This document shows, in pieces, positions 1 through 13,509 of a stretch of DNA of 64,000 bases (the stretch's first letter is position 1; the number at the start of each line of letters is the position of its first letter). Made by a program: the position numbers and the translations under genes. This DNA comes from Laetmonice hystrix (Eukaryota): the NCBI GenBank assembly GCA_965235115.1, contig OZ249446.1, positions 10,974,001-11,038,000 on the forward strand, given 5' to 3'. Below the pieces are notes generated by a model. It had not been told where the DNA came from. It ran no database searches and saw nothing but the letters and a program-made list of their open reading frames with translations.

Positions 1-187
1 CTAATGTCCTCAATCACTGTCTAAATTGTCCCCAGTTACTGTCTAATGTCCTCAGTCACTGTCTAATGTCCTCAGTCATTGTCTAATGTCCTCAGTCACT
101 ATCTAATGCCCTCAATCAGTGTCTAATGTCTTCAGTCACTGTCTAATGTCCTCAGTCACTGTCTAATGTCCTCAGTCACTGTCCTCA
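1..187. repeat. 20-bp tandem repeat (ctgtctaatgtcctcagtca)n
   Basis: About 9 copies, truncated by the window start. Confidence 0.9.
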
Positions 188-514
188 TCAGTCCACCTCT
201 TAGTATATCCCCCCAGTGTACCGTAATGGTTTCGAACACGCGAGATCAGCTCACCCATTGACCACCTGGTCCATATCCCCCGTACATGATAATGATGCTT
301 TCAGCTGCCAGTAAGATTAACGTTTTGGGAGTACGTGCAGGAAGCATACTCTTATCATGGATCGACTAGTACGATTGGTCGTTCCTACAGCTGGGTCCAG
401 GAGAGATACCAGAAATAGAAGGCCATCATTAAAAGATAATAGAATTCTAAATGATAGAATGGTTTAAATTAATTCAGTTTGCCATAGCATAACCTGGCCA
501 ACCTAGAATATTAA

Positions 515-848
515 AGGGACTCCGTCAATTCTCCCCAAATATGAAACGTACCTTTCATCCTTAGCAACATGATATTTAAATATAGCGATCAAATAATGGC
601 AACAAATGTAAGAAAATTACAAGTGCAGTCGCCCGAGCACGGTCCGTGAAGTTTACAAAGCACCGCCATGGCAAACCGGCGTGGCTGCGTAGAGCGAAGA
701 AAGCCAATTGCCGATGGCACACGCTGCTCCGTATTACAACTACATGCGCAGTTGTTTTGCTTCCAATTTATTTCAAGAATGCAGGTAAATCTAGGTTGCT
801 TCACCTGAGAGGAGGTCGATTTTGTGGCTTTTAATTGACGGGGCCCCT
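515..848. mobile_element. Non-autonomous DNA transposon (MITE), TTAA-flanked, Kolobok-like
   Basis: TTAA at 511-514 and 849-852. 16-bp terminal inverted repeats agggactccgtcaatt / aattgacggggcccct match 14/16. Termini are AG...CT and there is no transposase ORF. Confidence 0.7.
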
Positions 849-2287
849 TTAACACATCCGCGATATTATGATAACAGTTTTGTTGTAAATATCGAAGGAT
901 CTGGAAGCGATCAAGATTTCCATTTTGGAACGATTAAACAGATGTCGGTGTGTGGCGCTATTCTGTTCAGGATCTCATTCAGAGATATGTAATCTGTATG
1001 ATTGAGTCCACGATAAAGTAGGTTCATCAGTTAGTGTACACATACCCGCCATGTTATGATACGGTCCACAGTTTGCAATATCCCGAGGTCACATCACGTT
1101 GCTATCACTCAGTCCCAGAGCAACTGGCATGAACGGTTATTAAAGAGTCACTTGGACTTAATACCACATGTTAGGTACGATTGATGGTGTTTGACAAAGG
1201 GAAGACTGTTAACAGGCCAACCTATATGTCTGTTCGTATCAAGATAGCAGCTTACCGCCATAACTGTTAAGGCATTCGTTAACCACATGTCGTCTTAATT
1301 CTTTCCAGTCCATACCAAGTCATATAAAGTAACGAGATGTGAGGGGGGAAATTATTGGAAGATTACTGGGTAGTGTATATTATTATGATTTTATGTACTG
1401 AATCCTAGAAGTGACTTATCCTATCTCACACTGGCCTGGGACTGCCGGTAGGCTGGAGGATTGTTCTCCCTGGTCACGGCACCAAAATGATGCATTACCG
1501 CATGGGTAGACATCAGCAATTAGTGTACTCTCGTAAACTTTCCCTACTCCATTACACTTAGGTTGCCACAGGCTACTTGGTTATAAGCATGGTTTTAACA
1601 TCGGTTTGTGCTTGAGTCCCAGACCATGTTAAAGCATGGTGAATGTATTGATGTTACTTCTAGAGACCTTTGAATTAAGGTCTCGATCCTTAGAACGCGA
1701 GAAAATTGTACAGAATCTATTCCCGAGATCATTTGGCGGATCAAAATGGACACACCTAATTTAGGTTGTTTCCAGGCAACAACATCAGAGAGAAGTTGCT
1801 CAGGATAATTTAAAAAGATCTCTCTTCTGCTTGCATTTAGCAAACACAGGTGTACGAGACGATAGACAGGGGCCACGTCTCAGTGGAACTCTGCTCTTGT
1901 TAATTTGGCTTAGACACGCGGGGATTAGTGTAGAGGGAGAAGAATCATGTCGTATGTGCTAGTCGTCGGAAAGGAATGTTTGGTACGTGCTCTATTGTCA
2001 TTTGGGATATAGTATGATACGTTACGTTTCCTTGAAGTTTAGACAGTGGAAAGGTAGAGTAGTTTGAATGGATCACGCGTCGACGTTAAGGGCATAGGCT
2101 ACTTAACTCTTTCAAACTAAAAGGCTGTTTCTTTGAGAAGCGATAGATCAAAGACTATCCGATGTGCTATGGGAGGCAGGGATCATCATAGTACGAGAGA
2201 TCACGTGATCAGGACTGGTCACGTGATGTCACACGTGATGCGGTGAGGGCTGCCTTCATCTTGGACGGAAGGATCTGCGTGATGTTA

Positions 2288-2514
2288 CCTGATGTATCCC
2301 TCCGCGAGTACCGTGCCTGTTTCCTGACGTGTATCCCTCCGCGAGTACCGTCCCTGTTTCCTGACGTGTATCCCTCCGCGAGTACCGTCCCTGTTTCCTG
2401 ACGTGTATCCTCCGCGAGTAACGTGCCTGTTTCCTGACGTGTATCCCTCCGCGAGTAACGTGCCTGTTTCCTGACGTGTATCCCTCCGCGAGTACCGTGC
2501 CTGTTTCCTGACGT
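2288..2514. repeat. 37-bp minisatellite
   Basis: cctgacgtgtatccctccgcgagtaccgtgcctgttt, about 6 copies. Confidence 0.9.
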
Positions 2515-5500
2515 TTCACTCCACCAGTGTCTGTGTTTGTTTTCTGGCGTTACTCCATTATTGACATATCTTCCTGTGATGTTCAGCATGGTTCACAAGT
2601 GAAACCACGCTCCCGCATTAAGCTTCATTTGTTCAGGATCAGTGATCACGTAATCATGAAAACATCGTAGTGCTTTGATATCCACTGCTTAGAAACACCA
2701 TAGACGATTCTTAAATTATTGATGAAATGATTCGTGTGCTGTTTGGAAATAAAGAAACCTTCAAAGACGCGTACGCCTTTGCAGAAAAGGCAGCCGTGAT
2801 GTAGTGGGCCTGATGACTGATGAATAATGTACCTAAAACAGGAAGTTGTCTTTGATTGACACGACTCCCCCTCCAACTTAATACTCAAGGAAGCTTCGAA
2901 TGTGGGCTTCACGCTTTCGTGTCTCCCTGGTTTGTGTAGAGGGTCGATAATCATAAGGCAAACATAGAGGGCATTGCATAGGAAATCTCTCCAGGAGGTT
3001 TCTTGTAGGGCAGATATTTAATTCCTCTTCCAGGCTGTATGCTGCCTGGAGTGCACACCTTCCTCTCACCAGTCAGAGAATATACTTCCTGGTCGGCGTA
3101 CAGCCACTGACCCCAAGAGTCAACTCTAATGGACCTGGCCATTTAAAACTGGCACTAGATTCTGTTCACACTGTTTTCATGTAGTTTTGACCGTAGAACC
3201 CTTTTAAAGAAAGTGGAATGTGACAAAGCGCAGAAGCCAATAACTGGCTGAGTTGAGACTGAGATGGCAGTTCGTGTTGCCATATTGACGTTATCATGGG
3301 TTCTAACGTGTTGCCATGACGATAAAAAAGCACGACCAGTCGCGTCTCCTGTTACTGCTGTCATGACAACACCCTGGGTGTCACAAGGACTGGTGACATT
3401 GAGTCGTCCTCGCTACTTGGATGCTGATCCATTCCGGCCCCAGAGAACTCGGTCTGATGCTGTGAAAACGACGGGAATACGGTCTAATTATAGAGGGCTG
3501 ACATGTCAATGAAGCCGAGACGTTGGCGCGACGTGAGGATGTTTGCGGGAATATTTGAGGACCGTGCATGGTGCTATTCTGATTCTTAGGTTTCTAGAGA
3601 CGCTGGCCATTCTGTCTAGTTAAACAGAACGCAACATCCTTGGCAGAGAGCCAACAAATTGCGTGAGTCAGTACGAATCAGAACGAATCAGTACTTATGA
3701 AATACGTCCATGAATCGACTCCTCTCTTAAGATGAAATCTATCGCTAACTCTGACAAGATAAACTTGGTGTACGCTATCTATCACTGGCTATCTGTGCTG
3801 CAGTATATATCCACCAGTATTCTGAATGTATATGACGGATATCTGGGTGAATAACTAATGACAGAGGTTCATTTCACAGACCAGCAATATTTCCGAGGAC
3901 ATGAACTCGTGGATCACGGCTGTCAGAATGTCCAGTCACGGTTACTGCGTCTATGCCGCGTCTCCAGCGCGTCTCGTGTTGTCATGGTACCCACTTCCGG
4001 ATTGTGGGTCTGTCGGGTCTTTGCTCTCTCCCAGTACAAAGGTCCTGTACGTCATACATTATTCAAAGACCGTCTGAACACGGATGTCAGATTGGAACCA
4101 GGTAGTGAAAAACAACAAATCAGTAAAGGCACAAGTTGTCTGGACAGTGTGGAAACCAAGTCATATGGAAAAGGAAAGCCCAACGGGGTTTCTTTTGCAG
4201 CTGCATTTAAATACAGAAGTCCCAATAGTTACTGTGCAGTAAAATCTCACGTATGACGTTGTAGTTGCAGTTCTTCCTACAGCAGATGTTTGACATGTTT
4301 CCGACGGGCCCTATATTTTGACCGTTAAGTCAGCATGAGAATATAAAGTCGTGTGGTCTGTAATTAGGTCAGTTTATACCATAATTAGGGCAGTACACCC
4401 CGTCAAACACCATGTAAGAAAACCCATATTACCAACACGGAGGACCTGTGTGATATGAGAAATATAGATACAGGAGGTGAACTATAATATTGACCTGAGA
4501 GAAACGTTAGCCATAGTGACCAGGAAAGGCCACGTGGACAGAATCTGATCCATGATACAAGATATCATGTTTAGATATAGTATCTGATCCGGATACTGGG
4601 GTATGGACGAACGGGAGCAGTGACTGATGGCTCGGGGCCCGTCTCAAGATGGACGGTTACACGTTATATATGGATGACGAGATAGAGGTACGGCCTGGTT
4701 ACTCGGGATGGGGAAGGGGGTCATTGATTAATGTCATACTACCCGCCTAGAACGAAGGGCCCATCACATCTAATTGATTGATTATTGATCGTACTTAGAT
4801 TGGATGTTTCCTATCGTGTTGGTGGTTGGTTATAATATGGAGCTCTGCCTTCACGCTGTCAGTGTCAGAACATGACAGGTTCTAGGATAATGTGACCAAT
4901 AAAGGAAACACCATCTAAGTCTGACAGGAAGGAGGTTAGTCGTATATTGTATACATAATGAAGTAGGCCTAGAGGTCGTAATTGCAGGAAAGGTTATTGC
5001 ATCATACTAAAGCTCGGCTCCGGTTGAAGACTTTTCCGGAGCTGATGGTACTAATGCTGGTAGCTGTTAGTCCGATTAAAACTTCATTTTTACCTCATCA
5101 TAAATATTATTTGAGGAAATATAGTGCAATATTTGTGTCTTGGTTAGGAAGATATAGGACAGAATTTATTTCCGATAGAAGTGTAGGGACCCCCTACATC
5201 ACTTTGATCAGAACCTTATAGCTGTTTTATTTTAGCCGGCAACCTGTACTTTTATACCAAATAGAACCAAGTGTTGTGTAGGGATAGCGGTACGTTTGAC
5301 GGCCTGACCCGAGTGAGACTGGATCAAGGTTATGTAAAGTTGCCTGCCGTTGTAAGGGCTGAGGGAGAAACCCCTGATACCTCAGCCCTATCACCCTGGT
5401 AATGGATGAGTCTAAGGTCAGCCAGAGAACGCGATGGGGTATGACCTTCTGACCCGCTGTCGGTGGACGCCGGGGGATTGATAACCTGAGGGTAATCTCT

Positions 5501-6560
5501 GAATGAGCATACCCTGACCCGGAGTCCTGGTAGGAAGCTGGGTAAATATTGACACCAAAATAACTGTCAGGATCATTCATATTCACCGCGTGGCAGACAT
5601 TGGGGATCTGAGAAATCTTATCGGGCTCTCAGACACGGAGTCTCTAAAGGGGAAAGCGATTGGATGGACCTACTCATCTCGGCCAGGAAGTGGCTCATCT
5701 GAATGTCATGTCATCAATTTAGATTCTTAGAAAATCTGAATTTTCCAAATTGTAAATGTCAGGCGAGACACACAATGAAATGTTTAGATACTGATTGTGT
5801 TTCCTTCAGAGATGTGTCGTTTACGTCGTGATAAATGATGATGCCACTCATGTGTTTAAAAGGGATCTCCCGACGTGGATGAACTGTATATCTTCAGTTT
5901 CCAACTAGAACCTCTAATAACGGTGTGTCAGTGAAGGAGTAGAGATCTATCCTGTAACTGGCATGTGAGACAGTCATCTCTACATGATCTATAGGGCCGT
6001 GTCATTGCAAGGTTAGAGGAACCTGCCGGATCGGCAGGCACTCCACAAGAAGTCATCCTGTGTCGACTGAGATTACAAACAAATATGGACGACTGTAGAA
6101 ATACCGACCAGAATGTGGCATTTTCAGAGACGGGAATCCCAGAAAAATTGCTCATACAGAATCTCTCGTGTTACACAAGACTGTCCTTGGTGGTTGGTTC
6201 CCTGTGAAAAGCACCAGGTGGCGCAACAGGAAGGCAATGTGTGCAGATATGATCTATAGTCATAAGTAGAGAAAGACTTTAAGATATAATGTATATTATC
6301 ACTTCGACTGTTCGAATATTTAATCTTCAAAGATCCATTTTATAGTTAATCCCCAAATCGTATATAAATGTGAGCAGTTATTAACATGGTTTACGGCCTA
6401 TAAATGTCATCAGTATGATTATCAGCTCGCTGTTGTTAGCCGTCTCACTGCTTGTAATTTATTGGATGGTAAACTTTCTAAGTCAGGCTAATTCTATGAT
6501 TGGATTGTCCCGTCTTAATCTCATGGATCACTGATCGTTTCCTAGATTAATCTGACCGTT

Positions 6561-7078
6561 ATTGATGAGGACGTCTGTAGGAGTTTGGGTTGGCAGTCTG
6601 TTCATTGATGAGGACGTCTGTAAGAGTCTGGGCTGGCAGTCTGTTCATTGATGAGGACGTCTGTGTGAGTCTGGGCTGGCAGTCTGTTCATTGACGAGGA
6701 CGTCTGTGTGAGTCTGGGCTGGCAGTCTGTTCATTGATGAGGACGTCTGTGTGAGTCTGGGCTAGCAGTCTGTTCATTGATGAGGACGTCTGTAAGAGTT
6801 TGGGCTGGCAGTCTGTTCATTGATGAGGACGTCTGTAAGAGTTTGGGCTGGCAGTATGTTCATTGATGAGGACGTCTGTAAGAGTCTGGGCTGGCAGTCT
6901 GTTCATTGATGAGGACGTCTGTGTGAGTCTGGGCTGGCAGTCTGTTCATTGATGAGGACGTCTGTGTGAGTCTGGGCTGGCAGTCTGTTTATTGATGAGG
7001 ACGTCTGTAAGAGTTTGGCCTGGCAGTCTGTTCATTGATGAGGACGTCTGTAAGAGTTCGGGCTGGCAGTATGTTCAC
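6561..7078. repeat. 43-bp minisatellite
   Basis: attgatgaggacgtctgtgtgagtctgggctggcagtctgttc, about 12 copies. Confidence 0.92.
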
Positions 7079-7748
7079 TGTCCGGACAGACCACGTACCT
7101 CTGAATAACGACATGGTTGTGACGTGGACAGATCTGATGTTCACATCGGTAAAGTCAGGATTGTGATCAGTATAGAGAACTGCTGCACACTAATCTTAAT
7201 AATTTTTAACGATAACATTTACCCAGACATTAACACAAATAATACACGCGGGAGTGGAGTTTTAAAGGGCCTGACCTACGTCTTTGGTGTTGATTTTGAT
7301 GTAACACAATATCTTTCATTAAACTGTAGAAGAACTCAAGCAGAGAGATTAATCTAATGGACGAACACAGTATTATGTGAAAGGCTGTCGGTGAATGCCA
7401 TTTTATTTTTACTCCTAGACTCGTAGCCTTATCGCTGATGATGACTTTGCGAGTTACGAGCATGGATGTAGTTAGTGAAGAGTACAACCTAACCGTCACT
7501 AATTGATTTCTCATTATGACGTCCACGTACCGTTAAACCTTGCCCACCATCCATCAACCGTCAATTGTAAGCTGTCAGTGGCAGACAAACACAGACGTTT
7601 TTATATGTCAGCGTGTCCAAACAGTGGATTTTTCACCGCTCACATTCTGCCGCCGACGTCATCCATTCCGAAACATGCACGCAGTGAAACGTTTACGGCT
7701 TGGTTGGTTATTCCCCATGGTAAAAATCCCAGGAAACTGGAGGTCGGG

Positions 7749-7805
7749 CAGGGTTCTTACGGTCATGAAAAGTCATGGAAAATGAAATTAGGTTTTCCAG
7801 GGTCT
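7749..7805. mobile_element. Possible DNA-transposon terminal fragment (cagggttcttacggtcatgaaaagtcatggaa...ttttccagg)
   Basis: Resembles CAGGG-starting ends of non-autonomous elements from memory; no matching opposite end found. Confidence 0.25.
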
Positions 7806-10800
7806 GGGGTTATAAATTGTACTATATTTTTAGTTCTTAGCACCAAATGTCATGGAGATGGCAAAGTGATATGTTAACGGGTTGCTTCGTAACGTATCCA
7901 CGCGTTGCGAGATGTCAGGAGAATGTGGGTCAGTTACACAATTCCCAGAGGCCATCATTTAGGAACCGGAAGTCTGGAAATCTCCGCTCTGATACACAGC
8001 CTCTGCAACGGAATGGGTTCCAGACGTGCTCTGAAAATGAGGAAAATGAAAAATTTGATTTGTGCCTGTAGATTTGATTTATGACAACCAGACTCATTAC
8101 AGCAGCAATTTAGTAGTGGGCAGTTATATCTCATGTGAGATGCATGTGCTGAATAGTCCAATAAACTCTGTATCTGCATGCTTGAATTATTGATGTAGAG
8201 ACAGAAAGAAAACGCGGGAAATATCCTGTGAATTTCCGACCCCTAAAGGGATCCTGTATCGGCTACCCGAGGCTCTCCTCTGAACTCGACCTTATCTGTT
8301 AACTGCATTGTATTATTGACGCTGGAAGAATTTAACAGCAAATTTCCCGCAAGTGCCACATTTTCCCCATGGGCATTTGGCAATTTGGTAATTTCCGTTT
8401 CAAAGATATGCGGGCGCCTTTAAAGTCGCCGTAAGCTCGTACCGGGAGAGTGAGGTCGTACCAGTAGAGTGAGCTCATGCCAGTAGAGTGAGCTCATACC
8501 AGTAGAGTGAACTGGGACTAGTAGAGTGAGCTCGTACTATTAGAGTGTATGAGTTGAAAGTCACCGTAAGCTCGTACCAGTAGGATGTATGGGTTGATAA
8601 GGACAGTAAACCCCGGGGACCTGGTGGTCTGACCTTAATTCCAGGTTATAGCGACCGACTGGTATCTAACGACCAGCCCCCCGGGGGGCAGGGTGTATGG
8701 AAACCAAGGCACCACTACCCTCATCTTGTGGGAATGGTAGGAGCACCAGTGACCTGATCTGCGGGGAGCAGAGATGTACTGGAACATTGTGACTGGGCTG
8801 CCCTGGAGGATACGATTGCAGCTATTCAGGCAGAGAGGTTGGAGGTTAGAGAGGTGAGAGAGGGGGCAGAGGGTGAAAGGAGAAGGAGAGAGAGAGAGGC
8901 GGAGAATAGAGCTGGCCAATCCGAGGATCGGAGGGGTTGCATGTCTTCAAACAGCAGATTCCCCACACTAACATCTCCGGGAAATTTTATGGGGTAAGAA
9001 CTAAAGAGCTATCATTTTTCTTAGCGCTAAACCTCACCCCAGCCCTTTCCCAGCAACACCCCCAACTCAATGCACTACTTGTCCAAACCTCACCCTAAAA
9101 CGTCCTCGGCAACACCCCCAACTCAATGTACTTCTTGATTCTGTGAGGTTGTGGCACCCTCCTCCCAGCCCTAGACTCTGATCCCGGTCTAACCCCTCAT
9201 GCCGGTTTAGACCCTCACCTCGCTCTAGACCCCTCACATCGGTCTAGACCCTCATCCCGGTCAACCCAACACCCCCGACTCTATGCACTACTTGATGATT
9301 CGGGTGGCCGCTGATGCCAGAACTCCCAAACGTGCGATGAATAATAGTAGTGTCTGTAAGACCGCCAAAACAAGGATCAGCCTCAGAATCTCAAGGAGAT
9401 GACTTGTGAGTCTCGTGCCTGCCGGTTTTACGTCCTGTTTGACCACAATTCAATATTTCCCTCCCTTAACTCAATCCCTTTATACAAGGCATGATCAGAT
9501 TATAAAAAAATCATTTCCAGCTCGTTGCGGCTCCGAGAAGGCTATGATTTATTTCTTGGTGTGAATATGTTAAGGTAGAGGTGAGGGTGGCAGAGATTAC
9601 CAAGTCGGTCCACAAATATAACACAGCCCTGTTGTATCGCCTGTCCACATCTATCAACGTGTTGTTATTGAGATTCCGCACATTCCCGTCAGGTTGGACC
9701 AAGAATTCTACCGTCAGTCCGAACACGCCCGGAAACTGCTGGTCATGAAGGGCTGTGAAATCAACCACACAGTCTCATCTGTCTCAGTCACTATTGGAAA
9801 CGGCGTCTGATGTATCGTCATGGAAACGTTTCCAGGAGTGGTGACAACATATAATACCCACTGCTTTCAACTGTTCCCTCCTCCATTAAGCGCAGTAACA
9901 CGTGCTGAAGTTGAGTGAAGAGGTTTTCACTATAGAATATGCTGCTCCGTGAGATGTTCGCCCAAAGACAAAAAAGGTCCCATCCGGGGAGTTTGTCGGC
10001 GACCTGAGACGTTATTACAGGTCGCCAAACGTAATAATCCGTAAAACCGCTCGGAGCGCCCTCTAGGGACAGGTGATCTTACTGACAGGTCAAGTCTGGC
10101 ATTCCAATACAATCTGCCTGGAGAAAGACAGTAGTGCTGGAGATTACCAGTCGTGGCGGAAAAGGTCGGAGTTGATAGGGTCAAGGACGCTAGGTGAACA
10201 CTGATGAAGGCGGGGAGGGGGGGGGGGGGGTAAAATCGGAGTCAGTTCGGGGGGAGGGTAGAATATACAGGGTATCATCAGGTACAGCCACCGTCAGCGC
10301 TCACCGGCAACCTGAATCACATAAATCAGGTCAAGGTCATGGAGTGGATGATCTGACCTACCGGTTGACCTCTAGCCGGATGATACAATAATAGAAACGG
10401 ATACATTTCAGAAGTGTCAGTTTTGTGTGTGTAATAGTATAACGTCGATGTGATGGAGTTTTGCACGTTGTGATTTGTTTCCATGGTGATGGTAGTATTT
10501 GTACTTGCAGTGATATATCCTGATGAAATATTTAGTAATGTTTGAAGGAGGCAGAGAGAAAAAAGACTACATGATGAGTGATGGAGCCCAGCCTCTCCCT
10601 CTCCACTACTAAAGATCCGGGAAGATAGTAAATCTCTGGTTTTACAGTCGAGAACGAAAGACAGGGGAATAGGATATTTTTTAAGCTGTGTCGGGTGGAA
10701 CCATTTGTTGAAGGAAATCACTGGTCCAGAAAATGATCTGCTGTTCTATGATACTCTCATCAGATAGTGTAATATGTTACGCTGGGTCTGCCAGCAGGCA

Positions 10801-11337
10801 ATAAGTTTACAGACACCGCTTTCAAATAAATGGGCCCCCTGACTATTGGTCTTGGTAAGGCCAAAGTTATTACTCATATCTTCACATTAATATTATCTTT
10901 TTTACTTCATCCCAGAAGGTTCTGTTGAAGAAACATAGATGACAATATAAGTTACGATAACAAAATACAATACATGAACCCGATATTTTCTAGTCACAAT
11001 ACAATAACTCAGTCAACATAAAATAGAAAAATAGCCTCTCTGCTTTCCTCCCAGCCTCTGTATTGTATGGGCAGATCCCATTTAAGTGGAAACAAGCATT
11101 GTGTTTACCTTAATAACATGGTCGTCTGACGGTGGGGGGTGATTGGCAATACTGACAATTGTTTACACAAGGCAAAAATCAAATGATTATACCATGGATC
11201 GCACTATAAGCCGGTGATTGGGAGCCTGAACTACATGGAGCCAAGGATGTGTCTGTGTCTGATTTCAAGGGATGCATGAACCCCCTTGTTAAATTCTTTT
11301 AGTAGTAAATGTGTTTAGCCCCCATTGGTTGTTAGTT

Positions 11338-12130
11338 GGGTGAGCTCAAGCCGTGATGTCTGAACCAGTGTTTGGTCTCTGTTGATTGTGGTTGGGTGAC
11401 CTCAAGCCGTGATGTCTGAACCAGTGTTTGGTCTCTGTTGATTGTGGTTGGGTGAGCTCGAGCCGTGATGTCTGAACCAGTGTTTGGTCTCTGTTGATTG
11501 TGGTTGGGTTAGCTCAAGCCGTGATGTCTGAACCAGTGTTTGGTCTCTGTTGATTGTGGTTGGGTGAGCTCAAGCCGTGATGTCTGAACCAGTGTTTGGT
11601 CTCTGTTGATTGTGGTTGGGTGAGCTCAAGCCGTGATGTCTGAACCAGTGTTTGGTCTCTGTTGATTGTGGTTGAGTGAGCTCGAGCCGTGATGTCTGAA
11701 CCAGTGTTTGGTCTCTGCTGATTGTGGTTGGGTGAGCTCTAGGCATGATGTCTGAGCCAGTGTTTGGTCTCTGTTGATTGTGGTTGGGTGACCTCAAGCC
11801 GTGATGTCTGAACCAGTGTTTGGTCTCTGTTTATTGTGGTTGGGTGAGCTCAAGCCGTGATGTCTGAACCAGTGTTTGGTCTCTGCTGATTGTGGTTGAG
11901 TGAGCTCAAGCCGTGATGTCTGAACCAGTGTTTGGTCTCTGCTGATTGTGGTTGGGTGAGCTCAAGCCGTGATGTCTGAACCAGTGTTTGGTCTGTGTTG
12001 ATTGTGGTTGGGTGAGCTCAAGCCGTGATGTCTGAACCAGTGTTTGGTCTGTGTTGATTGTGGTTGAGTGAACTCAAGCCGTGATGTCTGAACCAGTGTT
12101 TGGTCTCTGTTGATTGTGGTTGGGTGAGCC
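11338..12130. repeat. 56-bp minisatellite
   Basis: tgagctcaagccgtgatgtctgaaccagtgtttggtctctgttgattgtggttggg, about 14 copies. Confidence 0.92.
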
Positions 12131-13509
12131 GTGGTGTCAGGAAGAACGAAACGTGCCCCAGAAGGAAGGAGGTCATAGAGAGAATGGCAGCCCGATCACA
12201 GACACACTCACAGATCTGTGAGTCTCCTGATGTGGTTTGGCCTCTCAGGATTTTACCGATCAATACGGTGGTAATTCACTAACCACATCTTTGGTTGTTT
12301 TTACAGGCACTCGGCCAGAAAACTTCACAGTGGCTTCTCTTGAGTGCATTTCATTACGCAAATGGCCAAACAGAGCAGCTGCCCGAAACCTCCTTAATGT
12401 GTCGTATTGTGGAGGTTTTCTCCAAATATCCCACAGACACACGGAGTCTTGCCTCCCCCTCTCCTATAACAGTAACAGGAGAATTTGTTAAATAAGATAA
12501 AGTTCCGCAAAAGGTTAACGCTTTCCTAAACATAGGAAAAATGTCCCATTGTAGGTGGGAAAGTGTAACATCATCCTAGCTCAAGGGAGTACACGTTCTC
12601 CACTTCAAGACATCAAAAATTGCCGTTCCGCTAATGTGTCTCATCCTAAACAGAGATCCTTAAAGGCATGGGAAACAGTGATTTGGCATGGGAAGCGACC
12701 TTGTTCGTTTGATATTTGTTTTTCATGAAATTCCGATGGAATGTTTCCATTAAAGCGGCTAAAAAAGTTACGAAATGACACATTATGAAGGCCGCATTTC
12801 AGTCAAAGAAGAGGCGTGTTTTAAAGCGGTAAATTTTATCATTTGGACAAGTCACAAGAAGAGTATGTCATTAATCTAATTGGATTAAACAAATCCATGG
12901 TGTTAAGATTATTAAATGTTCCACCGACTCTGTTCTCTTTCTTCCATATGACTTTTGGTGCAGCGAGTAAGCATATCGAACTAGGAAAACATTTAAAATC
13001 CTGTTTAGGGTCAACAGAGTTGTGTTTCCGATTCTGCCGAATCGAGACAGTTTGTGTGACTGAGAACCTGGGCCTGGAACCAGGGGCAAGAACCTGGGCC
13101 GAGAACCTGGGCCGAGAACCTGGGCCTGGAACCAGGGCCAAGAACCAGGACCGGGAACCAGGACCGGGAACCAGGGTTTTCAATGACTGCTGGCTGTGTG
13201 TTCCTGCAGTTTGTGGCCATTTCCTCTCGGCTGACGGAGAGAGGGTGGATGACAATTAAATCCAGGAGCTTGTCGGCACACTAGTCCCCCACAGTTCACA
13301 GGCCATTGTTGGGATTTCTCCTTGACCAATGCGAGGGCTCAAACCGTTTCCATTGTGTGAGCAGATGTGATTGACCTTCGTGGAGGAGGACAATAAACCT
13401 CGAGTCAATAGTCAACACTGGCCGTTAGCTGGACCGTCGGACACAGACCACGGGCAAAGGGCAGACAGTTGTTGGCTCAGACAACTGTGACTTCAACCGG
13501 CTCCAATAG

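Noticed and set aside
2202-2237. Three CACGTG E-boxes in 36 bp
   Set aside because: Probably a short local duplication next to a minisatellite; no promoter context.
5227-5586. 119-aa minus ORF with an Ig-like DSGxY string
   Set aside because: No cysteine pair or other Ig hallmarks and no partner exons.
8690-8835. Faint DIRS RNase H-like translation (NQGTTTLILWEW*EHQ*)
   Set aside because: Too short and degenerate to support without a profile search.
11338-12130. CRISPR-like appearance of the regular arrays (also 6561-7078 and others)
   Set aside because: Head-to-tail units with no unique spacers, no cas genes, and a eukaryotic intronic context.
12590-12760. Minus-strand IPSEF...RQFL resembling CACTA-type transposase
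   Set aside because: Motif spacing is about twice that expected and stops intervene; likely chance.
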